This document shows positions 1 through 12,594 of a stretch of DNA of 64,000 nt, in pieces. The notes beneath the pieces were generated by a model that worked only from the letters and a program-made list of their open reading frames with translations, was not told the DNA's origin and searched no databases. Each line of letters begins with the position of its first letter. Position 1 is the first letter of the stretch. A program made the translations under genes and the position numbers. Origin of the DNA: Lama glama (taxonomy: Eukaryota); contig CM052818.1 of the NCBI GenBank assembly GCA_028534125.1, positions 10,108,001-10,172,000 of the forward strand. The letters are read 5' to 3'.

Positions 1-779
1 ACTTGATTTGGACCATCACGGAAGACTGTCTGTTTATCTCTAGCCTTTAGCTGTTTGCGTCTTCTCAGGACTCCAGACGTCTTTGATGGGGCACCAAAGT
101 ACATTTCAGGGAACTCAGAATGCTCTTTGGATTCTGAGGAGATTTCCTACAAGTTGGTAATGAGGGTGAGAGAGGCAGAAGCAGACCGAGATGATGTCTT
201 CCTTCACGAGCAGAGCACATGCACTTGTGTGAGAAGTGTGTGAGCACTTTCGAGCGTGTGAGGCAAGAGACAGGAAGGGGAGGGGATTTATTTCATAGAA
301 TTCCAGAGGGCTTTAAAAGATAAAAGGGGAGAACATGCCCGAGTCAGTCTTACTCACTGATATGTCTTCTCCTTGGGTGGAGATCCCAACTGTCTGGCTG
401 TCTGGTGAATTCCTGTAAAGTGAGAGTTTTTGTTTTTAACATCTGTCTTCCTCTCCAAGTTGCCTCTCATTCATTCTCCAAGGTAGCCAGCATACACCTG
501 ATATCTGGACTTTCCCCATTCACTTGGGAGACTTGTGGGGAGTGCCTTTTCTAAACCCAGCTCGGTTTTAAGGCTATGTAGATTTGAGTCCTTACGTGGA
601 AAACCTCTGTGCGTGTGTAGTGTTCAGTCGCACCTGGCCACACGGTCCGACTCCAGGTCTTGGCTCTTGTGGAGAGAGGATGCCCTGGGTGCTTTGATAT
701 GAACAGTCAGCCCAGCCTGGAGAATTGCAGGCAGCATTTCAAGTAATAGTTACGTTAGCTGCTGCCTCCGTTTTTGTGG

Positions 780-1270
780 GGACTTCTCTTTACCACACCC
801 AGTAGATAAAGTGGCCAAGAACGTCTGTGTTTACTGCTCTCTGGCATCAAAGCAAAGCCCTTTTGGGTGGTGTTGGAATCGAAAGAGTATTAAAAACATG
901 TTTTTTAGAGCTTAGCATTTTGCATTCAGGATGGGCTCCTGCTCAGTCTAACTTCTTTGCTGCTGACCAAGGTTGAAATAGAGCTAGAGGGTTGTACAAC
1001 CTTTAAAGTCAGGTTTCCCATAGAGAAGATGTTATTTTTTGGTAACTGACAGCCAGGCTCAATCGACCTGGCACACACTCTGGTGGGCAGATGTACTTCA
1101 CTTCTGCTCTTCTCAGGGTGTGGGGTGGCTGTTTAAAGAGGGTGGATATTAATGCTAATCTTTGTGTAGCATAACAGGTTACTACCACTTGCCCTTTTTT
1201 TTATCTGGAGGTTCAAGCAGATATCAGAAGGGAACTGTTTGTGGCTACAGAGATGGTTAAAATCGCCATT
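780..1270. promoter_or_regulatory. Putative orthologue of the BCL11A intron-2 +62 erythroid enhancer
   Basis: Clustered erythroid motifs: KLF1-type CCACACCC at 793-800 and on the minus strand at 1115-1123; GATA at 804-809, 1201-1206 (minus) and 1220-1225; E-box CAGATG at 1088-1093; minus-strand CAG-N9-GATA composite at 1222-1237. It lies about 21 kb upstream of exon 3, similar to the recalled human spacing. Confidence 0.65.
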
Positions 1271-4200
1271 ATGAACAGAAATGATACTTGGGAAAAAAAA
1301 CTTTCCTTTTAAGAAGGCAAATCAGTCATTTAACCATAACTATTTGTTGAGTTCCTGGGATATATATCATATATCACATGCTATGCTGGGTCCTTTGAAA
1401 TAAAATAAATAGAAGACAGCATCCCTGCATTTAAGAAGCACATTGGGAAGATGTGGAATTAAGTGGAGGCATGGAGAGGTAACCAGTGATGTAAGGACTG
1501 GGCATGAGCCCAGGGTGGTGCAGGAAACGAGTGGTCCTTGAGATTGGGGAAGGAAGAGATTGATTCTTTGTGCTAAGGTGACTAGTAGAACTTTAGCTGG
1601 GCCTTGAAGTACGATCAGGATTCCAGGAAGTCAGAGAGGAAGAGGAAAAGCCTGAAAGGACATGGGAATGGAAGGGGTTTTTCTCGAGCATTTTCCTTGG
1701 TGCATAGAGGGAGCTAAGCCAGGAGCACAAATTCAGGGTGGGATTGTGGAGCTCAGGAATGGCGGCTAAAGATGTCAGACCATAGCCTGTAGACCATGGG
1801 AGGCTGTCAATGTTCTGAGCACAGGACAAAGGCAACATTCTAGGACAATATCAACTGAGGAGTCTGTCCAGAGAAAGGATGAGGCGGGTTGCTGGAATTC
1901 TCTCTGTAGCACCTTCGTGTAGAGTTCTCCCCTTTGACAGATACGTTCTAGAGGATGGAGTGGTTGACTGCAGGGTTTTCACAAGCAGAATGGAACCAAA
2001 CATTGCAGGAGACTAGCAAATTAGTCTGTTATTAATGTAGAGTCGTGGAAGGTTTTTATCTCACCCACATTATGAATGGGAAGCAGACAGGAATGAAGTT
2101 TGGAATCAGGAGGCTCTCGGGTTCCACAAAGGACCATTGTCCCTCTCCTCCAGACCATCCACGTGGGGAATTGTTCAGGACCCGGTTAGTTTTTCATGAT
2201 GGTCTTTATCATTCAAATGGTGTGTGATGAAACAAGGCAGGCACCAAAATTCATATCCTTATGAACTCTCTATAATAGCACCCTCCTACTTTGGGGATTT
2301 TTAAAGCTAGTCTGAATTCGAATAAACTTTTCTGGATGATATAAGAGGAGAGTGGATAAAAGGAGTAGATAGGCATTTGGGGAGGGGGCGGGGAGGAGGA
2401 CTAGGGCTCATGAGATTAGCCAGGGAGGCATAGAAAGTCAAAAGGAAAACAGAGGCCCTAGTGAACCCAGGATATTCTAGAGGAGAACTAGCCTCTGTTA
2501 GGGTTTGAAATGGTCAGAATATCTTTTCAGCCTCCTTCATGGTACTGTCTTCTCTAGCCAGAATTTTCTTTTGAGACAGGTGGTTGGTCACTTGGCGTAC
2601 AGCATGGCTTCTTGTCCCGGACAAGCAGGAGGCCATTTGAGCAGCAGGCAGGGCAGCTGTGTGTTCCCTGCAAAAGAGTAACAGCTTCTAGGAGACTTGG
2701 TGGCTTTGGGGAAGAGCTCACAGTGGCAGAAATTCATTAGAAAGTAGGATAGAACTGACTTCCAAAAAACTGGCATGATGTGGATCTGGATGTGCTGTGG
2801 GCCACATGACAGAAAGGAAATGGAATGAGAAATGGTGTGACTGACAAGGACCTGTTGGCCAGCTCCCCAAAATGAATGTAGTTAGGTATTGCCACTTTAT
2901 CTTCCTCAAACTCTCTAAACACCAGTCTCATTGGAGTCCAAGACATCCTTTACAAACCTTTTGGTCACCTATTGTTTATGACCAACAGCAATTTCTTCTA
3001 TTTCTTTCTTTGAAGATAATTTTGGGTGGTGTGGACTTCAGGCTGTTTTTGATCTTTGGCTATTGGTTTGAAAATATTTTTTGTTATTATTTTCACATCA
3101 GCCAAAGCTAGAAAGTTTCACTGAATCCCTCCTGCAGTGTGTTTCCTTTCACTGGAGAAGCGAACTATTTACAGCCATAACAGGGTTTACACTGAATTGT
3201 ATAAGTGATACTGACTTCTGTGTCAGCAAAAAACGAAACAAAAACTGATCATAGATGACATTACCTAAATGACAGTCCCTACGTGTGTCCTTTCTTTCAC
3301 ATTTGCTGTAATCCTGTTATGGCATTGTCCTATTACCTCAAGTACTGTCATCTTTAAATGCTGTCAAATCGTAACTGGATTGCCAAGGACAGAGGAGAGG
3401 AATCAGGGAGAAGTCAATGGCGTTTCCCGACACACTGCAGAGATGGGCTTCTTCCCTCTCTCGCAGGTTGAATTCTTGGAGAAATTGTTCAGTTTAAATG
3501 ATGACTCAGGTGTCTTTTACAGGCTTTGATGAAATAGCCAAGTTTACTCCTCATGTTCCTAGAAGGAAAGAAAGAAATGTTCTCTTTTAACAGCCAATGA
3601 GACAGACTCTCCCAGGGTAATGCTAATGTTTCTGCATAGTGAGAATGTGCTATAAGTATCGTTATTATCGTTACTGTGTTTTTAATACCAGATCAAAAGT
3701 AACAGCAGAGAGAGGGCTCTAGCTAAGGGTTTAACATTCAGTTGATCTTGATGACGTTTCCTCAGGTTGCTTACAGGACTCCATTTTAGAGATGGGAAAA
3801 CTGAGTCATAGACTCCTAGAGGTAGACGTCATTGGAAGCTGGAGTCGGAAACATTCTTATCTTGTGTTTATGCCGTATGTCCATGTTCCTCTCATATGTT
3901 TAGACCAAATTCTCTTATCCAGATTTCTCATAAAGCATTCATAAATTTCTAGTCTTCACTTTTCTGCAGCTTTCTTAGGTAGACCAGTTGATGGGGAAAT
4001 TGCTGCATTGAAATTAAGCCTCTTGCTTTTTGCATTCCGTTGCTTATAAATCAGGGAGTGAGAAAATGGTTACTTTGAACGCCTTTATTAAGGCAGGTTT
4101 GGCTGCCAGAGAATAGGGCTAAACTGAAGGGAATGGCTAACGTCTTTTTCATGCCTTTTTTTTTTTCCACTTTGGGTTTTATAACGGTGTAATTTAGTTT

Positions 4201-7200
4201 TTCCTTAATCTGATTCTGTATTCATTTTTAAATATATAATGTTGATTAGTATGTTCTGTTATTTATAGCCCTCCAGAAGGATCCCAAGGGAAGATAATCT
4301 CCATTTGAGAAGATGATTTCCCAGTTTCTATACAGATGATGAAAAAGTCACTGCCCACTGCATGCCATCTCCCCAGCCCCCACTGAGTTTTCTTCTTACT
4401 CTCTGTGTATGGCGTTGTGGGCTGCAGAAACCCAAAAACCTGACTGGAGGTGCAACATGGGATGTGCTGACATTAACTTAACATTAGGCAAAAGGACTGC
4501 CTAATTGACTTCCAAAATATAGGTTAGGGAGTTTTATGGGATACCAAATTATTTCACTCTTTCTCTGATTAAAAACAAAATATTATATTAAGTAGATCAT
4601 TATGTGGGGAAAAGGTTGTAACTTCATACCCTTACAGGTATAGCCTGGCTTTCCCCCTCCTGGCCGTTGGCAGAGGCCCAGGACCGGGGACGGATCGGAG
4701 GCTGGCAATGCCCTGTTCACAGAACTCTGCAATGTCTGAATAGTTAAGTAAGATTTATGGGAGGGGCGTTTGCCTGAGCTTTGAATTTCCTGAGTCCTTT
4801 TGATTCTGATAGAATAGTAATCTTAAAATTAAATATTAATTTGTTCTGATTTCATTTCTGTTAACAGGGAAAGGGGCGAAGACATGAAAGGAGCAATGCG
4901 GGGCCAGGTTTGAGAGGCAGGGGACCATCTCAGGCTGCCCGTGAGTGGCGTTCACAGGGTGTTGAGCAGAAATGCCGCTCAGTGAAGGGGTGTGGTCATT
5001 TTGAGTCTATGGGCTACTTCTCTGTCATACCATGATGCCTTGGTCAACCATCTAATGCTGTAAAGTTCTTCCTGAAAGAAAGCCCAGACACAGTCCTGAT
5101 GTTGGGTTGGGCCTTTCATGTGTCTGATAATGATCTACCAGCTAATCTATCATACTGCCCATTTCTCTGCAAAATGTGTGTGTGAGAGCACCCACACGAG
5201 TATGCATGTGTAGTCTAAGCATAGGTTTCTTGAATTTCTCACTTACTTCAGTATTTTACTACACATATGTCCCTAAAGTGGACTCTCAGCATTTGGCCAC
5301 TGTGTTCTCTCTCGTCGTGTGGGAGGAAGGCACGGTGCCCAAATTGGAGGTGGGGCGAGGCAGGCTGGTAGAGCTGTGATTGGTGTCTTCGTTTGATGTG
5401 TGGGAGAGAGCACGAGTCACAAGGCGTTCTCTGCAAATGAGCCATGGTCCGCCTGCAGAGCAGTGACCTTGAAAGCCCCAGGACCAACCTCCCCAGGATG
5501 TCTTGACCTGCGGGCCTTTCAGTCAAGTCCATTTCAGAATGGAGAACAGCTTGGCACTATCCACTCCTCTTGACCTACTGACAGAACAATGCTGTTAGAA
5601 ACTTTGAGTAGATATGGAAACAGATCCCTAAATATACAAAACAGATCTTATGTGTGTGTGTGGTGGGGGGCAGGGGGTGGTGAGGAGAGGGAAGGAGAGA
5701 ACCAGAGCAGAAGTTGGAGAAAGAGAACAGGGGAAAGAAACACTAAAATGTGCAGTCTCATTCCCCAGCTCTCCTGTTGAATTTGAGGATCTGATGTAGC
5801 ATATGTGTTTCCAAGAGAAAACAAAGTCATCTGTTGGGCACAGGGGTTTGTCTGGGGGGAGGGGACCTGGCATTGCTGTGTAACCTTAGGGAAACACTTG
5901 CCCTCTCTGGGTTGAGCTCAGCCCATTGTTCACAGAGGGCACTGCTGATATTTATAGACCATGTTTGACAGTCCCGAGTGAAAGACAACTTCACTTCTCA
6001 CCTCAGAATAGCAAACGTTGTTTCTCATATCTAGGTTGCTGGGACAGCTTCCTCAGAACCTAATATGTCGGCAGCTTTGTGACGTTGGATGGAGAGTTTT
6101 TCTTTTTAAATGACTTGATTTGTTTTTGACACTTTTCACATTATTCCCCAGGTCTAGGTTTTTTCTTAATTTTTCCTCACAGGCAGAATCTAAATGATTC
6201 TGGTGGTTGTTGGTGGTGTTTTTCAGTTAACTTAAAGGCACCAAGGGCTTTCCTGGAACTGGTGTCTGGAGGCCGATGACCCAGCTGACAGCAGCAGGAT
6301 GTTGGGGAGCATGGACCCCCAGTGGGGTTAGCAGTGGGGGGGGCCCTGTGGCCTTGGGATTCTTGCTGGGGTTCCCTCGCTCCACCCTGCCTGGTTGCTG
6401 CAACTTCAGCTCATTCTGGGTTTGTGTGAAGGCATCAGTCTGGCCTATGGCATCCTACTGCATTCCATCCCATTGCATTTCACAAGTCAGTTGCAAGGCC
6501 AGGCTCCCATTACCCCCAGCCTCCTGCATTTGTGTGCAAGGACCAAAAGTAAGAATGGGGTCTACTTAGGGAACTGGGCTTTGGCCTAAGACCAGTCCAC
6601 ATGGGAACTCTGGTGGCAACGGATAGCTGTTCTTCCAGGGCTGGCCCTTGGTGGTGGTGGTGAGGGTGTGCAAATAATTTTTATGTTTTTATATTTAAAT
6701 GTGGGTTTCTTTTTTGGCCAGGTCTTAAGTAAGTGCCACAGAGAATTTCTTTTTGGCTTGAACTTGATGAAATTTGGATGAACTTGTTGAAACAAACACA
6801 GGTTTACACACACACTCCCCCTTCCGCCCCAGCACATATCCCATAATGAGCTATTCCTAAGTGAGACTTCCTAAAGTTCTTACTTTGCATGGCGATAAGG
6901 GCAGAAGACCTCAGCCCCATATGCATTTTGGTTTGAGTTGTTAACCTTTCCTTCCTTCCTCTTCCCTTTTTCTTCCCCTACAAGATCCTCCTTCTCTTAA
7001 GAAAAAACAGATGCGCCATGCTGGAAGTATAGACTTGACCTCCACCTCACCAGGTGCAGCTGCTGACCAGCAAAAAAGAATAGGAAATATTGGGGGGGAT
7101 GTAGTTTCTGTTCCACAGTCACTGCTGTTTCAATAAAAAGCAACCTGGTTTATCTATAAAACCTACTTCCCTTTCTGGTGAGTGTGACTGTTTTGAATGG

Positions 7201-7209
7201 CAGAGGATT

Positions 7210-7340
7210 CTGTTGGAGGAGAAAAAGGAGGGAGGTGAGAGAAGGGAGATGTAGAGAGGACGAAAAGAGTAGAGACAAGTGGAAAGCAGGAGAAAAAGGG
7301 GAAGAGAGAAGGAAGGAGGAAGCAGGGGAAAGAAGAGTGA
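7210..7340 (+). repeat. Purine-rich (GA) low-complexity tract
   Basis: Almost entirely A/G run: ggaggagaaaaaggagggagg...ggggaaagaagag. Confidence 0.6.
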
Positions 7341-10300
7341 CATTTGAGCTATTTTCAGCTGGAGTGAATGCAGATTTCATCAGGCTTGTTGGCGGTGGGG
7401 AAACAGGCTGTGTGGACAGTCACCTTGCCCGTAACTTCCTGGGAAGCGGCCTTGGTGACTGAATTTTTCTGACACTGTCAGAGTTTGGACAACCCTGCCA
7501 GCTCCTGGAAGGAGAGCCCTACAACTGTCACAGGCGAAGCATCAAAAGCACACACTGTCGATAGTGACCTGCATTTGCAGAAACTCTGAGGGCTTTCTAA
7601 TTAACGGAGGAGATCCAAATTAGAGTAAAGCTGTTCGACAAGCCCCCTCACACGCGCTAAGTGTCATGGCGCAGATAATCATTACATCTAACAAGCGCCT
7701 GATTTTTAACAGAAGCTATAAGGTGAATTCGCTTATAATGGTTCAGTTTCAAGGGGGAAAAAAAGTTCCCCCTGCCCTAAAAAAAGAAGGAAGAAAGGAC
7801 AACAAGAAGAAAAGAAAATAGGGGAAAAATGGGAAAAATTGGGGGAAAGAAATGAAAAGAGATTTTCACACCAGCGCTTTGGGCAAATGCTCAGGCCCCC
7901 CATCCCTGAATTCTTGCCTTCGTCGCTGGCCGGAACATTCAGATACATCTTCTGTTTTAGATTTTCCTTATTGTAATCTGTGCCAGCTCGTTCACTTGGT
8001 GTTTCCCGGAGACAAGCCTCCTCTGTGCGTTATTTCTGACCATTGCAGCATTCCACAGGGTCTGAGTTGTTGAAAGCAGTGACCCAAACCGTGACAACTT
8101 GAATATTACAATCAAAGCATGTGACGTAGACAACAGTTGATTTGGAGAAACCGACTAGGAGCTGAAGAGGACCACAGCTGTCCCCGGGGACTTGCCTGAG
8201 ATTCCTCGGGGTCTGTCTGAGCTCAGGCCTCCTGACCCCGTCCAGGGCTCTGTGCACAGGGCAGGGGAATTTAAGTCCTGGCTTGAGGCATTGATTTAAA
8301 CCAGCTTTCAAAGCCCTGAGGGGAGCCAGTCATTTGCGTGTCTTCTTTTCTGGGTCCCCCGTCAAAACCATCTCTCTACATGGGATGCACCGCAGAGGAG
8401 GAGGGGCTGTAAACTTGGAGGGTTGGCTGACATCGTTCAGGAAGTGCAGTATGAGGAGTAGCACTTCTCTTGTTCCCGTTGATTCTCCCCAACCTACACG
8501 ATCCTTGCAGTTATTCACGGGAAATAAAATAATATAAATCACGCTGCCTGATTCTTCTCAAACAGCTCACAAAGTAATCACAGGCTGAAGTGCAGGTTTT
8601 CTTGCCCTGCCTTTATCAGTAAATCAGATTTTGAGCATTTATCAGCAAAAGTTAGATTTAAGCATCATTCCTGTAATGTTTGAAAGGAAGAAGATTTGTT
8701 TCGGTGGGGATGCTGCCAATCAGTGATCTTCCAGCTTGACTCTGCTATCAATTATTGCTGCAATTATTTGTCTAGTTGGATATTTAAAATGTCATCAGAA
8801 AGAGATGATTACATATTCCAGAAAGCGAGGCACTGTATAATCAGATGAACTGAATCCAGTTAAATGTAGTGTGGTACCAACCTGTCCTTCAAAGTAGAAT
8901 TCTTGAGCTACCACCGAAGCAGCAGCCTTCTGCCCAGTTTTCAGGAAGCTGATCTTAACCTTGGGATGCAGCGTGCTGCCAGGGTCGGGTGATACTCAAT
9001 TATGGGAAACTTTCCAAGTCTGAAAATGGAATTGCTCCTTCAGATACATGAGAAGTGCATTTTGGTTATCTCATTCAATTCATCTGCAAATCTATAAATA
9101 AGAAGTCCCTCTATTCTTCTTGCTTCCTGTGGATTTAAATGCCAAATCCTGATTTGTGGCAAAGTTGTCACATGCCCCTTTTCCCACTCTCTGCCTGGTG
9201 CCCAGGATCTAAGCAGTGGCAGTAGAAATTACAACTGTTTGGAAGCCAAGAAAAAGCTCCATTTCTCACTTTTCTCCAATTCCGGATATTCTCGGCCCTG
9301 CTCCATCCATCAGCCTTCTCCCCACACACCTCCTCCACCACACACCCTCCTTCTGTCCTCACCACCAACAGGAAACAAATACAGCTCCAAATTTTCTTTT
9401 TTTTTTTTTTTTACGGAGGAAAAGAAACCACAACCTGAACAAATAACAAAAAGGCTCCAACCAAACTAAACTCTCTACTTAGAATGAATCCAAATGTTCT
9501 AAACTTAAAGAAATCCCCCCTTGACAGGTCTGCCCTCCTCTCTGGACGTCAGGAGTACCCCTGAGGGACGGGATGGTAGATCTGAAAGTGATAGCAAGTC
9601 CTCAGCTGGAAAACATTAGTCCATCCCCATTTCTTTTTTTTTTTTTTTTTTGACACCAAGATTAGAACCAACTAGAGGTTCTGGAGATGTTTTCTTTATC
9701 TAGATGGGTTTCATGGGTTCAAGAATTTTCTACGGGGCTTTTCCCAGTTCTATTCCCAAAGAACTCTTATGCTGAGTTCTTACGATTCCAAAACTCCGTG
9801 GTGTTCAGAAGGCTCTCCCAGCATAACATAAAAATTTTTGAGGAGGGGAGAATCTGTTAGAAAATTAATCTTATCTGTTGGGATGGAGGAGGAAGAACTT
9901 TTGTAACATAGGAGCCCTAGGTTGTATGTGCCCGAGCGTGTGGCAGAAAGATGTAGGGGCTGGAGCAACCAAAAAAATGACTTAAAAAAGATCACCACCC
10001 ATTGAAAAGGAGAAGAAATATTGTCTCTGCTGCAGTCATCCCTTGTCACCGTTGTCCCTCTCCTTCAGCGGCCGTGCTCAAGTTTCTTCATCTTGCGTGG
10101 GTTTCCCTGCTAGGCCCTGCAGCTTGGGGTGACCTGGGTCAACTGACCACACTGTCCTATTGAGGGGCAGAAATTGCTTTGAGCCTTGAAAGCAGGTTAT
10201 TGCTTTCTGTGAGTGAGGTGAAGTGTGTGATCATCACAAAACCGAGGTGTGAAGGGCCAGGTTTGGCTCTTGGGAGACGGAGAGGGGGCCCAGAGTTCTG

Positions 10301-12536
10301 AATGTTTTTGCTTTTCCTGGAATCCCTGCCTCATTTCTGTTTTCAGAGTGTACGTATTTCTCTTCTCACATCCTCCTGCACGTCCCAAGCAGCGGCGGGG
10401 GCCTGGGCTTGGGCCTGGGGCTCTGGCTGGGCAGCGACATGCCAGTCATTCAGCTGGGAAGCCCCGGCCTGGAAGGCTTCACACTATCTCTTCTCTGGGC
10501 CTCCACCGGGCCGTGCCAGGGTCTGGTGCAGCCTGGGGGACGAGGTGTGGGCTGCTGCAGGCATTTTCCTGCATCAGAGGCAGGGAGATAGATGAGGTCA
10601 CCCAACCAGCCTTCCACGCACCTTCCGTGGCTAACTTCCTAGCCTTATTTTTAAGCCTTTTAATGGAGCAAAACTATATGTTCTAAGTAGGGTTATTTGA
10701 ACTGAAGGACTTCACTGTTCTTTCTCTCGGGACAGAAAGATGGGGGTGTAGGTGGGGGATGAGAATAGAGGAAAGTGTGGGAGATTACTTTTAAAAAAAA
10801 AGAGAGAGAGAGAGGAAAGGGACCCAGACTAGGTAATTGGGACCAATTCATGAGAAGACTTAAGGAAATTTGACATCTATTGTAACTCTTCTAACTGTAT
10901 AATTACACAGTGTTTGGAAAGTGAATTATTAACCTGATTGTCCATAACGACCATTGAATAAATAAATACAATCACAGGTTGTCAAAATTGTACAGTGAAC
11001 CGATGGGCCAGCAGCCACTTTCAAGGGGCTGTAATCATCTCCTGGGTCAAGGCTAACCTGGAGGCACCTTGGTTAGTGAATCATTTACAGGAGAGACCTC
11101 AGTGACTCTGGGAAGGGAAGGCTCCCCTGGTCACTGCCGGGTCCGTGGCAGCTCCTTCCAGCCAGGTCATTTAGAATCGCCCTCTAGGAAGAAAAGTCCA
11201 CTGCACAGCACTTGATTTATGAGTATTGACGGAGGGGCCCTTTGCCCAGAATGGTTCTGGGTGATGAGAGGTGGACGGTACAGTGTTGGTTCTCGAAAGG
11301 CTTGGACTTTAGTTGGGGACCCAGTGGTGGTGGTCACATGGAGCCCTGGACCCAAACGTAGTGTAAGGCTGGGGACAGAGAGTGGGACATCCTTCCCCAT
11401 CCCAGCCTTTGTCTAACCTGGGGCCTTGCTGCCCCTGGCCCCCTGAGCTGCCTTGCCTCTGCCCTGGGTGCAGGGGGCAGGCATCCCGGTGGGGCCTCCC
11501 CCGGGGGAAGTCCGCAGCCCGCTCCACGCTGGAGGAGCCGCAGTGTCAGCCAAGAGCCGCAGGCCATAAATGCAAAGTATGGTTTAACAAAAGCAGCTTT
11601 TGAGTGAGAAAGCTGAGTGGAGTTGTCCCAACCTGTCAACTTCAGATTTCTTTCCTCCTCCCCATAAATCAAAAAACGGTTGGTGGAAGGGAGGGACAGA
11701 AGCGTTTCATTTTCAGATTTTGTAAGAAAATAAAATCAAATCAAAAGAACCTGTCCCACGCTGATACCTTACACGCCAGGTTTGAGCCTGAGGCAAATTT
11801 TTGTGGCCATGTAATAAGCCTCTTTAAAATGGTGACAGACCCTTGACTCTTTGCCTTGAATTACATTGATAAAAGACATTTTATTGCGTTAGAGCTGGGG
11901 CAGGAGTACAGGATGGTTCTTGCCTGGTCGGCCTCTTTGAAACCGCTTCAGCCCTGCCGTCCACACACCCCACCGCCTGACAAGGTTGGAGCGTGATGGT
12001 GGTGGAGATCTGTGGGCTGCTGACAGAAGGAGCTTTCTGCCCAGCAGTCGAAAGTTGAGGCTCTGAAAGCAAAAGGATTTCAGCCTGAGGGGCTTATTAG
12101 GGAGAGGGGGGCGTCTCTGTTCCTGACGGACCTGAAGAACCTTGACCTGGGTGGCTCCGGGTCGGTCTCACAGCTGGGACTGCATGGAAATAGAGTGTCA
12201 CTGGTAACTCATTTCCCAGACAGCCTTAGATTCAGAACAGGAAACGACCCTGGGGACTCCCCTGTAGTGTGGGGGCCTCCTTGATGCCTATGTAGAGGGG
12301 AAAGGGGATTGTGGCCCCCATGCCCAGAGAGGCCAGGGCTCCACCAGCTGACACAGTGGACCTGCCCAGGGGGTGGAAAGGATGGTGCATTCTTGGTTTG
12401 AGGAGCTTGGAGGTGTCTGATAACTTTGGGTGTTACCCCCGTTGAATCCACAGAATTAGTAAACCCGAGAACAGCCAGCAGCACCCACACTGTGGCTGGA
12501 CTGGGGCCTTGTGAATGACTGCAGATTATACATGTG

Positions 12537-12540
<4 letters not shown>

Positions 12541-12590
<50 letters not shown>
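12541..12590 (+). repeat. (TC)25 microsatellite
   Basis: Perfect TC dinucleotide run read directly. Confidence 0.97.

Positions 12591-12594
<4 letters not shown>

Noticed and set aside
1..780. Search for the +58 enhancer GATA site (the therapeutic editing target)
   Set aside because: The recalled CTAACAGTTGCTTTTATCAC-like sequence was not found. By spacing it should lie a few kb upstream of the window.
964..969. TGACCA (BCL11A's own binding hexamer) within the enhancer-like region, suggesting autoregulation
   Set aside because: A 6-mer occurs many times by chance in 64 kb, and I cannot show enrichment.
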